Origin: Neoconidiobolus thromboides FSU 785
Lineage: Eukaryota > Fungi > Entomophthoromycota
Reading direction: 5' to 3'
Length of the DNA: 63,941 bases
Assembly (NCBI GenBank): GCA_025603075.1
Contig: MU626378.1
Location: 1 to 63,941, forward strand
The notes beneath the pieces are model-generated. The model saw nothing but the letters and a program-made list of their open reading frames with translations, ran no database searches and was not told the origin of the DNA. Positions 10,960 through 27,299 of this stretch are shown here, piece after piece (position 1 is the first letter of the stretch; the number at the start of each line of letters is the position of its first letter). Made by a program: the position numbers and the translations under genes.

Positions 10960-11443
10960 CTTTGAGTTGAAAAAATATTTTACAATTAATTAATCACTTT
11001 TTTATATATTACATATTAAGAACAATTAATTCTACCTAACTAATATATTAATAAAAGAAATTTTAACTTTAATTGGACAGTTTCTCAAATTTGGTAAATG
11101 TTAGATTTAGCAAATTTTTTTGAGATTTTAATAGTAATCTTTAACCTTATAAAAGTTTCAGTTACAAGGTGATAATTTGGCTTTATTTAATTCTATATCC
11201 AACATAAAAAAGACATGAAACATATATTATGGGATTTATAACAATATGAAAAATCAGTAATACATTAAAATAATGAAAATCCTTTAGCCTTTAAACTAAT
11301 TTTAAGTAATAAAATAAAATAAAATGTATTTATATCAACTTTAATTATCAAAATTTTAAATGTTCTATGTTTATATTATATAGTTAGCTATTAAAGTTAC
11401 ATCGCTTCAATATCTTAAACAGATTAATGACATCACTCTATTA

Positions 11444-12646
11444 TTATAAGAAGAAACGCTTGCGACTAGTCTCCATATCAGCCTATATTAATATTAGTAA
11501 AATATATGATAAAAATAAAGGTATAAATACATTGAATTTCCAAATAAACTCTCCCTTTTCAGAATCAAAAAGTCCTCTTTGGAGCCATTTCAATTTTAAA
11601 GTAAACCTGGGGCCAATTTCTTGGAGATTAACCTTTTCACCGCTTTTAAATTCATAACTGAAACATATTAGTAAGAATATTCAAAATCCATATAAGAATA
11701 ATAGTGTTACCGATGTCGTCTGAAAAAAATAAAATCTCTTTGATTGTGGAATGTTGCAGTTTGCCTTCCTTCAAATTCCGGAACTTGTGGAAAAAGAGAT
11801 TGAAACATACGCCCTATAGTATGCCCTAAACGTGTATTAAAATTATTAAGGATAAGTTCTGGATTGTGTGAAGTCGAACGTCCATGGTTCTAAAAAATCA
11901 ATTTAGATACTTAAGAAATTAAATATATCCTTACGTGAATTTGTTTGCTCATTATAACGCTAGATAGTCTAAAGTGAGCAGTAGGACCATCTGGGAGATG
12001 AATCAAAGTCAATGAAGTTGGCATTTTTTTATCTTCATTAACAATAATAACATCAGTGTAGTCTCTTTTCTTTGAGAACTCTACTATATGATTAATTTCA
12101 AACTGAATTCCTCTTTTAACGAAAGTAGAATTCGGGAATACATCGCATAACTCATCTGTAAAAGTATACATCGTCTATTTTTGTTAGATAAAGCTTGATT
12201 CAAAAATAAAACTTACCCTTGATGGGCTTTTACTAGTTGTAATAAGAACTTTTGGCTCCAAATTTTTACTAAAATAGTTTGCAAATTCATCAATCTCCTC
12301 TTCTTGTGCGATCTAATTGAATGTTACAATTTATATATACTATTTAAAAATATAGCTCATACATCTTCATCATCTTCCTCAACCATAGTCTCATCATATT
12401 CTCTTTTTGATTCTAAAGTTTGTGGGACATTTTCAGCAAGTCTTTTCTAAATAATATTTAACATAATTCAAACAAAATCTTCTAAATTACTTCTTTGAGT
12501 TCTGGATTGGCTAATTCTTCTTTACGGCGTATTCTTTTAAGCTCTCTCTTTTTTTTATTAGATTCTTGACGAAATTGGGATAAAAGCTCTCTGCGAGCTA
12601 TCTTGTTCTTGATTTCACCACCAGTAAATTTCATCTTTTCAGACAT
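11444..12646 (-). CDS. RPF1: Ribosome production factor 1 (Brix domain), multi-exon
   Basis: [11 protein letters not shown]-terminus; PKVLITTS; [18 protein letters not shown]; [21 protein letters not shown]; spliced C-terminus [10 protein letters not shown]. Confidence 0.9.
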
Positions 12647-13209
12647 GATTAAGAAAAGCACCTTTAATAAATTTTCTAATATTTTTATTCTTGAGGTCTT
12701 TCAAAAATTTGCAATTAATTTTGCATCTCAACTTTGCACAACGATTATTAGTGCTAAATCTAATAAAATAGGAATGATAGGAGTTTTGAAACAAATAGTT
12801 TAAGATAGATGAAATACTAATGATAATGTAACTGTTTAATATAAATTTAGAGCAATGGTTGTTTTAATGTTGATTTTTTAATTTTCATATTGTGTACAAT
12901 AATAATCACGCATTATCCTTATGGAAGATTGTGTTTTAAAGTGCGGATTGTAAATAAATTCGATTATCAACCTTTAGTAAGCTAAATAATTATTGCCTTA
13001 CCATTATAATATTGAAAACTGTTTGAGCACTTTAAGTCTTCTTATAACTATACATGATTATAATTAATATTTGAATTAAAATAACTAATAAAGCTTATAA
13101 GTATCTAAATCTCGTTAAAAAACATATCCTATAGGATTGAACACTCATAGTTAAAAACTGTCATAATAAAAAAAGTTTAAGTTAAAAGTAAAAATCCAAT
13201 TTATTTAAT

Positions 13210-14653
13210 CTAAAGTTTAGATTCCCCATAAACTTTAATTAATTCTTTGGTACGACTTGAATATTTATCATATTTGGCCTTAATTGAAGGCACTAATTTT
13301 AATTCACTACGAGCAATTTGCATTTGATGGACTGCGTCTGGGCCTAGAAAAAACAAAAATATTAAAAACTAAAATCAAAACCAAAAACAAAAACGAAATT
13401 ACCGTCAGCGATTCTTAAAGTACGAATACTTGCATAAAGCTCAGCTAACGGGGTATCTTGTGAAACACCAGCAGCACCAAAGACTTGGATTGCTTTGTCC
13501 ATAATTTGAAGGCATGAGTTTGGAACAGCTATTTTAGCAATAGCAATTTCTCTCCAAGCCTTCTTAGCTCCAACTTGGTCAATCTTATGTGCAGCATTTA
13601 GAACAAGTAATCTGCATTTTTCAAGCTCAGTTCTACACTCAGCAATTTCAGTTTGGATAAGACCATGGTCAGCTAGTTTTTTACCAAAAGTAGAACGAGT
13701 AGTTGAACGTAAAAGCATAAGCTCTAAACTTCTTTCAGCTGCTCCTAAAGCACGCATACAGTGATGAATACGACCAGGACCCAAACGACCTTGAATAACC
13801 TCAAATCCTCTACCTTCTCCAAGAATAAGATTTGAAGCTGGAACTCTCACATCTTTAAAGTCGATTTCTACATGGCCACAAGGGGCATCGTCATAACCAA
13901 ATACTCCTAAAGGTCTTACTACTTCGACTCCTGGAGTATCTCTTGGAACAATTATAACGCTTTGTTGTTTATGTTTATGTTTGTTGTTTGGGTCAGTTTT
14001 ACCTAGCACTAATAAAACTTTGCAGCGTGGATCACCAGCGCCAGTGATATACCATTTACGACCATTAATGACATAATCATTGCCATCACGTTTAATCACA
14101 GTTTCAACGTTAGTAGCATCAGAAGAAGCCACAGCAGGTTCAGTCATGGCAAAAGCAGAACGAATTTTACCATCTAACAATGGTTGAAGCCATTGCTTTT
14201 TCTGAGCGTCATTACCATACTTTGAAAATACTTCCATATTTCCAGTATCTGGAGCAGAACAGTTACATGCTTCTGGAGCTAAACGAATCGATCTCCCCAT
14301 AATTTCTGACATCACTGCGTATTCTAAGTTTGTCAAATCTGCTCCTTCTGGATATTCTTTTGATAAAAATAAATTCCATAATCCAAGGTTCTTGGCTTTC
14401 TTTTTTAAATCTTCCATAATTGCTGGGTAGGACTAGTTTAGTTAGTAGCTGATAATTGCACAAATTTAAAGTCTTACCTTCCAACGATCTTCGCCATGTT
14501 TAATTTGAGAGTGAAAAATAGGTTCAGCTGGAATACAGTCATTCTAAACATTGTTTCATTTTTATTATTTTCAATTTAAAAATAGATTACCTCAACAAAA
14601 TCCTTTAATGCATCTAATAATAGTTTTGCTTTTTGACTAGGTTCTGGGAACAT
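13210..14653 (-). CDS. Acyl-CoA dehydrogenase (ACAD10/11-like core) with C-terminal PTS1
   Basis: [54 protein letters not shown]. The last intron gives RIADGPDAVH...YGESKL*. Confidence 0.92.
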
Positions 14654-16337
14654 GGCGTATTTATCTTCTTTATTATATACCTTTAAAATAAATTTAAGTC
14701 TCTTTGAATTAGAATTATTAAGATAGCTCAAATAAGAATATATTTTAATAAGATTGAAATTTAATAAGGATAAAAGTGTTGCTTTAAAATCAAATTTATA
14801 GATAAAAAGTAAGTAGATTATATTCTTATGAAGTTTATCATCAATAGTAAGTAAAAAGAGCTTTAACCTTTTAACTAATTGAAGTAGTTGATAGTTTACA
14901 AGCTTTAAAGCTAATGAAAAAGTAGATAATCGAAAGGTTCGAATTGGAGCAAGTTTATATAAGCATAAAATTGAAATTACTTAAAATGTGTCAAAGCTGC
15001 CTTTCATTCACTAAATTTCAAACTAATACGTCATAATACACACAATGATAAATATCATTTGCAGTCAAATGGAAGTAATTCACGCAAATAACTATTGTTA
15101 AGTTTAAAGTGGTCATGGGCTTAAAAGTTTTGTAAATTAAGAATAAAATAAATTGAAATAGCATAACAATGTATAAAAGTTTATCCATATTTATAAAAAA
15201 ACAGCGTACTTCAGTATATAATATTAATTCAAGAGTAAGAAAAGGGCTTATAGTCTTTTATGGATTAATAATTCTATAAGTGAAAAAAGACGATTTTATT
15301 AGAACTCTAATAACAAAACAATAAAACAATAAAACAATAAAGTTATAATTTCATCAATAGAGTGCCAGCGGGAAAAATCTTCCGATGAGACCATAAGTTG
15401 GTTTGAAAAAATTGTTTAAAAGGTCATAAATACATAAAAATATTAATCGGAATAGTCGGTTAGGGGAAAAGTTGTCACAATATATGTAAAATATTCGTGC
15501 TTTAATATACAAACATTTTAAATACCTATATTAGCTATTTATACTTTCTATCGTTTTGTAACACCTATGTTTTTTCAAAGGGCTTCTTACTTTTTCGGGC
15601 AAATTTAAGATGTTAAGAGCATATAGCATTCCACTAGTATGATATTTTCATTTCAAAATAACTCCATTTTTTAGCCAAAAAAATAATCTATTATTGCTAA
15701 TAATAGCTTTTCCTACTTTACTCATTGAAAAAAAGTAAAGGACTTTTGAAAACTTAACAACCGCATGGTATATCATATATATACTTTCAATATTTTATTA
15801 AATGATTTATTCTACAAGTTGTATCTATTATACTATTGTGGCTATGATTAAGATTAAATATAATATAAAAATTTAGTTAAAAAATATTCTTAACCGAAAA
15901 TTAAACAAAATTTGTATGATTAAATACTTTAAATGCTTTACTCTTTTATATTTACTCATTATAAAGAGTACCTCAACAACATTAATTTTTATATAAATCT
16001 AGTTTGAGTTTTGATAGTAATATTCCTATTTTATTTACTCTTGGTCACAATAATAATGGTATTAATTATTTGATTAGTTTCACCCATTATCACAAATAAT
16101 ATATAGCCAGACTGTATTAAGATTTCATAAATCGCATTTTTTATATTAGTTTTTCTACTTCTCTAGCCAGTTTCGATAAATAATATAGCTGTAAAGCATG
16201 ACGTTATAATTGTTTTCAATTTAAATCCCCACAAAAAGATAAATGCAAGTCTCTCGTTATTATAATGTGAGAAGCATAGGGTTATATCAATTTTTTTTAA
16301 CAATCCTTTGATCTTCATCTTTTATTGTTTAATATAT

Positions 16338-16436
16338 GGGAGTGTTTTTTTTGACTTCATTATTTTTTCCATTTTTTAAGCGCTATTTAAGTGGAAAATT
16401 TGTTAGTAAAATTCTTAAACATAAAAATACATCCCC
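16338..16436 (+). mobile_element. MITE copy
   Basis: ATAT|GGGAGTG...ACATCCCC|ATAT. Confidence 0.9.
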
Positions 16437-16735
16437 ATATAAATAAGTTTAAAAACCTGGGTAAAACCACAGATAAAATTTTAACTAATTTGAAGTTGAA
16501 TTAACAACAATCTAAAACTAGATAGTTTATACAAATAATTCGCTTATGAAATAAGATATAATTTTGATATTTTAATTGTGTAATAATGATTAAAAATCCC
16601 ATATTAACCAAAATAACGTCGTATAAGAACCTAACTATATTTATGAGAAGATATTAGATGCCATTGTAAAAATATATACAATATAAAAAAGTGATATTTT
16701 ATTCAATTAAGAAAGACTAAATATTAAAAAAAGCA

Positions 16736-17290
16736 TTAATAATTATAAGCTTGAGTATTATAACCATTTTCCTCTTCACATTCATTATCCTGCACTAACA
16801 TATTATATGAATTCGAATTAAAAGCCCCGCCGCTTGGTGCAAAACCTTGAGCACCATCTGATACCGATCCTTGGATACTGATTGCAAAATAGCCTGAATC
16901 TATCCTATAATTAGTACCAATAAAGCTGATCCTGTAATCATTAGCACTCCTCAGATTTGGGATTTTTTGAATTAAATCTTTAGCGTCGATGTAATAGCAG
17001 CTACATTCTTGGGTAATAGTATCAAATCCCGTTTGTAGCACGACATCAATCCCATTGTTGCTAACAAGATGTACCTCAGCCAAACCAACTTGCTTTGAAT
17101 CGCTAATGTTTTTTTGATACAGAAATTGGGCCCCAGAAGTTTGGCCAGTACCTGGTGTGCTATAAAGCACTGTTCCTTGACTGCTGATAGAACTGGTGGC
17201 AAGCGGGGAGCCTGTAAATGTGATTGGATTTTGAGCTTGGACGACAATAGCGAAATACAAAAGGGATAATAAATTTAAAGTACTTTTCAT
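16736..17290 (-). CDS. Small secreted protein, possibly Kre9/Knh1-N-like beta-sandwich
   Basis: Clear signal peptide (MKSTLNLLSLLYFAIVVQA). The YRISF...SGYFAI strand pattern recalls the Ser/Thr-rich GPI-family domain; family assignment is tentative. Confidence 0.65.
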   Translation of the reverse strand: MKSTLNLLSLLYFAIVVQAQNPITFTGSPLATSSISSQGTVLYSTPGTGQTSGAQFLYQKNISDSKQVGLAEVHLVSNNGIDVVLQTGFDTITQECSCYYIDAKDLIQKIPNLRSANDYRISFIGTNYRIDSGYFAISIQGSVSDGAQGFAPSGGAFNSNSYNMLVQDNECEEENGYNTQAYNY

Positions 17291-18187
17291 TTTTTAAATT
17301 ATTTTTGTAATTAAAGGAGTTAAAAGAATTGAAATTGTTTTGATGAATAGCAAGTATTTCTTTCTCTTACTTATATATTCTTTATTATGTCGTCTTTTAA
17401 TGATACCGTATGATTATTAAATCATACCAGTTCAAAGTGAATATTGGAGAGATTAAAATTGACATCTTTTTCTCCAAAATTTTAGTTTTTTTTAATGTGA
17501 GTTTAATTTTCGATAAAATAGTAATACTTCTTTATTTAGACAAATTGAAATTTTCAATTAGAATCTACACCCAAACAAGCTGTTAACTCTTTAAAAATTG
17601 GCTATAGCCACGATGATGATAGATTTCTATAGCTTAGTAATACTGTACATTCTTTTTTCTAAAGAAACTCATTTTATACTCTATTTTAATAGAATACAAT
17701 TAAGTTTTGTATTATTTTTAATCATTTTAATTTATGCCAAGATTAATAAATCAAGGAGATATTTTAAAAGTATTTCAATATTATTTTATCCTTTTGATAA
17801 TTTTTATATTAAAATTATCTTTTTAATATAGTTATACTTTAATTAATTAGTTTATATTTAACATTGTTTTTTAATATCAAGTGAAGTATTTTTGGCCATT
17901 TTTTATTCTTTATATATGATCTAAAGTTCATAAAAGTAAAACTATATTTTTAAATTAAAATGTTAAAGAATATTTAAAAGTGTTATAAAATAACATTAAA
18001 AAACAACATAAAAAAGTACTTATCTTGAGCTAAGAAATATTTATTACTTATACTTTCAATTATTTCAATTTATCTATCCCTTAATTTTATGCTAATTAAA
18101 ATTGAACCCATATTAAGAAAGCCAAGAATCAAATGATCCTGAGAAAAATAAAAGGAACTTTACATTTTAAATCAAAGTTGGTTCAAC

Positions 18188-20302
<2,115 letters not shown>

Positions 20303-20509
20303 ATGCATAAAGTTAAATAAATGAAGATTTAGAATATTACCTTGTTAAAATGTGATATATAAATAACTTAAAACCATTTGAATAATATATAATCATAACA
20401 CCTATATGTTTTTAAAGTAAACTGTTAACTATTATTTATTAAAAGGTAAAAACACACCACAAAAAAAGCAGATAAAATTAACTAAATTCTAACTTTTTAA
20501 AGCACAATC

Positions 20510-22244
20510 TTAATGTGCTGCCGCTTTCTGGTCACTACCATTACGATCAAGTGGAATATGTTGGATACAAAGGCATGAAATTAAGCCAATAACTGAAATA
20601 GGTATCATAGAAACAAACAACATTTTATAAGAATACTCATATGCTTTGAGAGCTAAAGAGAGTTGATCAGATGGTAATTGGTATAAGGATTCTAAAGATT
20701 CCATTATTTTTTTAGAATCGATTCCTGGTAATATTTCATCAAGCTGTTGTGCTAACACATTATTAAATACAGCACCATGAACTGCTAACCCTAAGACACC
20801 CCCAATGGAAAGTGCATATCTGATAAAGGCGGTGGTAACAGCAGCATCTAAAAAAGAATGAATATTTATAAATTAGTTAATTCGTTGCCTATTACCTTTA
20901 TCTGGAACAGAAGCTTGAGAAGCTACTAAAGCTAATTGAATATTTAAACCAATACCAGAACCAAGCAATAAAGCATAAATAATTTCTTCAGCTAAAGTAA
21001 TTCCAGATCGAATTAATCCACCATATAAGGAGTTGCCTAATACGATCATAGTCATACCTAACCACATAATTGGGCGGTAAGTCCCAGTTTTATTTGTTAT
21101 TAAACCTGAAGTCCCAGCAAAAAAAGATAAACCAAACATAAAAGGAATGGTTTGTACACCTGCTTCTGTTGCACTACGTCCATGGATAGTTTGATGATAC
21201 AATGGTATATAATTCAAAGCTGTAAACATAGTGAATCCAAAGGCTATTGTAGTGATTGAACCAGCTATTACATTACGTGTAAATATATGGGAGGGTATCA
21301 CTGGCTCTTGTGCAACCTTTAATTCGATGAAAATAAAGATGGCCATCACAACAATACCTGCTACAAAACTGCCAATGACTGCCCCTGAGCCCCAAGAATA
21401 TTCTTTGCCACCCCAATTGGTGGCTAAAATAATACAGATAGAGCCAGTAACTAAAGTAAGGGTACCCCAAGTATCCACTCTCTTCATCTTTTGTTTTAAT
21501 GTTGCATTGGAAACCGCTTTTGATACTGGGATTAAGAATAGTACAACTACCATTGCAATTACCGAGATCGGAACATTGATATAAAACACCCATCGCCAAG
21601 TGACATAATCTACGAACAAACCACCAATAATGGGCCCAATTACCGAAGAAATAGCAAAAGTGGCTTGGATTAAACCCATATAAGCACTTCTTTGCTGTAA
21701 TGGGACAACATCAGACATTATTATAAAGGGCAAAGCAATCAAGCCTCCAGCACCTACACCAGCAATAGCACGAAACACTACTAATGCTATAATATTGGGT
21801 GCGGCACCACAACCTATACTACCAATTAAAAATATAAACAAGGCAAATAACATAGCTTGCTTGCGACCAAAAATGTCACTAAATTTGCCATATAGGGGTT
21901 GGAAGGCAGTCATAGTTAATAAGTAAGAGGCTGCTATCCATGTTAAGTCACCAGATGCTTTAAAATCCTTTACAATACCACCAAGAGCAGTAGCTACAAT
22001 GTTTTCATCAATAGCAGCGATGAAAATAGATAACATCAAACTAAAGATAAAATTAATTGAAATAGAAATTGCTAAGTTGAACCTACCCAAAGCAAATGGT
22101 AATTAGTTTCCATTTAGACGAAATTATATTGTTCTCATGAGTTTCTTGCTCTGTAGCTTCCTCATTTCTTTCTAAACCAAATTCATCTATATTGGCATTC
22201 GAAGTATGCTCTTGTTTTCTAGCTTTTGTCTCTATCTCTGACAT
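20510..22244 (-). CDS. MFS drug:H+ antiporter (DHA2, 14-TM type), paralog A, 2 introns
   Basis: AAIDENIVATAL, WIAASYLLTMTAFQPLYGKFSDIFGRK, WRWVFYINVPI. True ATG at 22244; the ORF-track start at 22090 overlaps the intron 1 donor and is not a real start. Confidence 0.92.
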
Positions 22245-23555
22245 TTATACTGGTAAAAGGTTAGTTTCATTTATATTTAATTATAAAATATAGTTCTTGT
22301 TAAATTTATAAAACTATTTTTATCCTCCTTATCAATGATAAATTCAATTAGTTACCTTATTTCTTTAGATAATTTACCAACTATCAAAAACAAAGGAGAG
22401 AAAAATCAAATACATTACATTTATATAAATTTTACAAGATGGAATATTAACATAAGCAATCCTTTAAGTTAAATCATACTTTATTAATTTCATTCTATTC
22501 GAATTTTTTATTCTTGAAATTTTAATTAAATTGCCCTCGAATTTACTTAATTTGGGGCTCATAAATCAATCAACCTTGTTATGAGTTTTTTGCTTTTTTA
22601 AACTTGACTTTGTAGTGAATTCAGAGTAATAGACAGAAGGATCTTCAGTTATATTAAAAAAATAGATATGCAAAATATTAGCAAAAAAGTATATACAATT
22701 ATATATAATAGATAGTGAAACGAAAGCTTTAAATCATCTATAGCGAAATATCGCTGTTTTGTCAGATATAAATTTTGTTATCATGTTACTTTTATTGTAT
22801 AAGTAAACCTTCTTAAATAAAAATGATGGTCATTAATGAGTAAAAATTTAAATAAAGTTTGTTGGATTTTAAATGAGTGATTTCATCAATCATTTATCAT
22901 AAGTTTGATATTGAGAAATTCATCTAAGCTTATGGAAAAATGATTATACAAGTTTTCTTGATTAAAGTAGCTCCTTAAGTGTTCTTTCCTTTACTTTTTT
23001 CTATTGCTGGGTTAATAATCATCAGCTTGGGCACAAGGTTTATAAACAATTTATAGCAATTTATTTTATTACAGATAGCAAGTTTACCTCAACTGGCTTC
23101 ACTTGTTTCTACTACAAGTGATATATAAATACTAGTTTCTTTAAGAATTGGTCCCTTTCTGACAGCTGTTACTAGTTTAAACCTTAATTAAAGGGACTTA
23201 TACTATTTAGGTAGAGCTTTGAGTCATTCTTGTTAAGTTCAAAGTAGTAATAAGAAGAGATAATAAATGATGAGAAATTGTTCAATTTTATCAAAACAGC
23301 GTTTTATTTTTGAAGTTATAATCAAACTTAATCGATTTGACAATATCATATCTACTACAGGTTGTTTGAACTATCTATCATGTATACTATAAAAAACGTA
23401 GTAGTTTGTAATCTGGTATATCTTATATATGAATTTACTTAAAGCAACCGAATAACTCAATTGACAGAAGCAACAAAGGTGATTTTATAAATTTTGAGCG
23501 AGCCCTCGGTATATATCTCATATATACATCTATTTATTTGATAAGCTTTTAAATA

Positions 23556-23681
23556 AAAATATAAAATATAAAATATAAAATATAAAATATAAAATATAAA
23601 ATATAAAATATAAAATATAAAATATAAAATATAAAATATAAAATATAAAATATAAAATATAAAATATAAAATATAAAATAT
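23556..23681. repeat. (AAAATAT)18 perfect heptamer tandem repeat
   Basis: 126 bp counted directly, between the two MFS genes. Confidence 0.93.
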
Positions 23682-25335
23682 AAAATAAAAATAGTTATTG
23701 TCACATTTATTCTGTTTAAATAATTATAGATTTTAATGCCAAAGTTTATAAAACGAATCGACTATATTTGGCAATATTAGGGTGATTTTTGAAAATTAAA
23801 TTCTTTGCCACCTTGAGAATTCAATATTTTATTATTTTATAAAAAAGTGGATTCAGTAATAGGTTTGTCATAAACTATCACTTTGAGATTTTACCTAAAC
23901 ATATTAAGCAGACGTTGGTGCGAGAAACAAACATTTGTATTTTGTTGCTTTCTATTTTCTGATAGATAACTTATACTCAAATTAAATATAAGTAGCTCAT
24001 ATTTAAGACTCATTTTTTTAGTCTTTATCTACTCCAGTATTCAACACACACCTTCAAGTCCTCAATTCCAAAAAAGATATTAAACTATTTCCAAATTAAT
24101 AAACAAATTCCACAGTATAAAGTTTTCAGCTGGGAAAACATATCTAAGTTTCAATTGGGTTTTTCTTGCAAGTATTTAGCGAACATCTACCTATTATTAG
24201 AATACTATTTTTAAACTAGAATTTACGCCTTCATTTACACAGCCACTCGATGTATAAATAAATGATTATAGCATATTTGAATTTAACATATTAGATGTTT
24301 TAGCTTTAATATCGAAAATCAGTCACCCTTACTGCATCTATCTTATTATAGGTTATTGGATAAATTCACTGCTTAATAATCTATTAGCTTTTAATATAGT
24401 ATTAATCAGATGTCTAGATGAATTGTTTGGTAATATACCTAGTAAAAAGCTGCTTGTCATTTAACTCTTTTAATTAACTATTAACTATTTTTATTTTGTG
24501 ATTTTATTATTGATAGTTTGACTTTATTTTGTAGAGTTCAAAAACGAGCTTTGAAATATATATAGCACATGAACTGTCTATATAAAACATAAGATTATAA
24601 AAAACATAAGATGATTGTATGTCATATATCATATCTGAGTCACTGTTTTTAAACAGCTTTTCATACCAAATACAAATGGTTTACTTTCGTCTAGAGAAAT
24701 ATCGAATATTTTTAGCTGGGCAATAATTTTTCGTTGCACAAATGCTTGAAGAACAAAAAATCGGACTTAAAAAATCGTCCATTTCATTCATAAACTCATT
24801 ACTTAATAACCTTCTTTACCACTTTTAGTAAATCTACATCGATTTATTCCATTTATCAGTTAACTCACAACCCCAAAACACATAGCTGAAGTAAAATTTT
24901 CTTTGCCTCTATTCTATTCCTAAAATAATTTAAAACGCGAAGCTTCTTTAGCGAACTACAGTATAAATTTTATACTGATTTGAACCCCACCTACTCCATC
25001 TTAATAAACCAAGCTTATATCAATGCAACTTAATTCACTTGGCGTAAACTGATTTTTGATTTTTAAATGCGAATTACCACCTATTTTATCGATTTGGTTA
25101 TTTACTATTTTAATCTAAGCAAATAATGATAACTTTCGATCCCAATGATTGGCTAGCTCCATTCAAGTTACTACCTGCAAATAATAAATTAATAACACTA
25201 TTTGACATAAATTCAAATAAAATCAGCCGTACTTTTTCTTTTCATATTAGTAAAATTTATGAGATAGTTTATCGTGTATTTTTACAACTTCATTTATATA
25301 AATAGCATAATATAGAACAATTAATCTAATACAAG

Positions 25336-27087
25336 ATGCCAGAACAAGAGATTTTTTCACCAGTAGTCAATTCTTCCTCAACTCAACTTGATGACTTGGT
25401 ATTTAGTAAAAAGAAAAGTGTTGTCAGTACAGAAGAAAATATTGACGAAAAGGCTTCAGATGGCCATCAGTCGGGCGTAAAATTATTGTTTATCATGATA
25501 GCTCTGATGTTATCAATTTTTTTAGCTTCAACTGATGAAACTATTGTTGCCACCGCTTTAGGAGCGATTGTAGACGATTTTGGTTCAAGTGGTGAGGTGA
25601 CGTGGATAGCGGCTTCTTATCTATTAACCATGACTGCCTTTCAGCCTCTCTATGGTAAATTTTCAGATATCTTTGGACGTAAAATTACTTTATTGTTTGC
25701 CCTTACATTATTTTTAATTGGTAGTATTGGGTGTGGATTAGCCCCTTCAATCATCGTTTTGATTATATTTCGTGCATTTGCTGGTATTGGATCCGGAGGT
25801 TTAATATCCCTTTCTTTTATTATTATTTCAGGTAATTAATTTTTATCATATTTTTAACACTTGCTAATAATTTAAATAGATGTTGTTCCTATGGTACAAC
25901 GTGGTGTTTATCAAGGCATAATCAGTGCCACATTCGCATTAGCAAATGTAGCTGGACCATTATTAGGTGGTGTGTTAACAGATTATGTAAATTGGAGATG
26001 GGTGTTTTATATTAATATTCCAATTGTGGTAGTTGCTGCTATTGTAATCGTGTTTTTATTGCCAAAGTTGCGCGGTGATGGTTCCAAATTGAATGATTTG
26101 GTTGCTCGAGTTGATTTTTTAGGAACTATAATATTAGTTTCTGGGACCATAACGCTCACCTTAGGTTTAAATTGGGGGGGACGTACCTATCCTTGGTCCT
26201 CAGCACAAGTCATTTCATGTATTGTTGTTGGAGCCGCGTTATTGATGGCATTTATTTTAGTTGAAAAATATTACGCTAAAGAACCAGTGATTCCTGGAAG
26301 ATTGTTCACGCGTAATGCTATACTTGCAAGTGTTAATGCTTTTATGTATTGCATCCCATTCTTTTCAACCATTTATTATTGGCCATTATATCACCAAACA
26401 GTTCAGAATAAAACCGCTTTTGAAGCCGGTTTGGAATTATTACCTGCTTTACTAGGCGTCTGTAGTTTTTCTGTGGCTTCAGGTTTACTCGCACGTAGGT
26501 TCCGTTCTTATAGACCAATCATGCGCTTTGGCTCTGCTATGATTTTAGTTGGAGTTTCTTTAATGGCTTTATTAAGATTAGATATTACGCGTGCTGAACT
26601 TGTTATTTACCCACTTTTGATTGGTGGTGGTATTGGGTTTAATATCCAATTGTCTATGACTTGTAGTCAGCTAGCAGTTGCCGCCTCAGATGCTGCAATG
26701 ATCACATCTTTTATTTCTTTTGCACAAACCCTTGGTGGTGTTTTTGGATTAGCTATTGTTGGGTCCATTTATAATAATGTTTTGTTCACTTCTTTAACTG
26801 ATAACCTTCCTGGAGAAAATGTAATTTTAATACTTTGATGTTATAATTTATACTTAATAATTTTTTAGATTACCAACCTTTTAAATAAGCTTAATAACTT
26901 GGATTCTTTATCTTCAGGAGTTCGAGAACAAGTAATATACTCTTACCTCCAAGCCTATCGTACACTTTTCCTTTCTATGATACCTTTCTGTGTTATTGGG
27001 TTTATATGTACCTTAGCTTTTGAAAACATTCCTCTTCAAAACCATTCCGAAACTGAAAAAGTAGCTGAGAATCCTACAGAATCTTAA
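25336..27087 (+). CDS. MFS drug:H+ antiporter (DHA2), paralog B, 2 introns
   Basis: Shares WIAASYLLTMTAFQPLYGKFSDIFGRK with paralog A. Exons correspond roughly to ORFs 25336, 25891 and 26899. Confidence 0.92.
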
Positions 27088-27299
27088 ATACAATCAAATA
27101 ATCGAATTGATTTAATTGTAGCATAATGATAAATTTAAACATCATTAAGATAATCCAACATTTTTAATACGTCTTCTATTTTTAGATTGGTTGTGTTTCT
27201 TTTTAATAAAAAAATATAAATTATAGTCTTTAAGTTTATTGATATAAATCACATATAACTTGCTTTTATTTTAATACATTTTTAACTTAAAAAATGGTT

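Noticed and set aside
14930-14950. GGTTCGAAT T-loop-like motif (similar motifs near 29982 and 41810)
   Set aside because: No acceptor stem, D-arm or anticodon arm could be folded; not tRNAs.
21231-21599. Nested and antisense ORFs inside genes (also 3577, 6347, 9298, 10760, 11427, 12603, 14263, 16972, 27516, 32774, 33086, 45040, 52379, 53578, 58883, 63690)
   Set aside because: They are shadows of well-supported genes on the other strand or frame and have no motifs of their own.
22900-24400. Coding-like patches in the MFS spacer, possibly a decayed gene or transposase
   Set aside because: Frequent stops in all frames and no recognisable motif; cannot be supported without a homology search.
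20510-27087. Possible secondary-metabolite cluster (two MFS pumps, aminotransferase, acyl-CoA dehydrogenase, Zn2Cys6 factor)
   Set aside because: There is no PKS, NRPS or terpene core. The ALT and ACAD look like primary-metabolism enzymes, the transcription factor is of the gluconeogenic Ert1/AcuK type, and housekeeping genes are interspersed.
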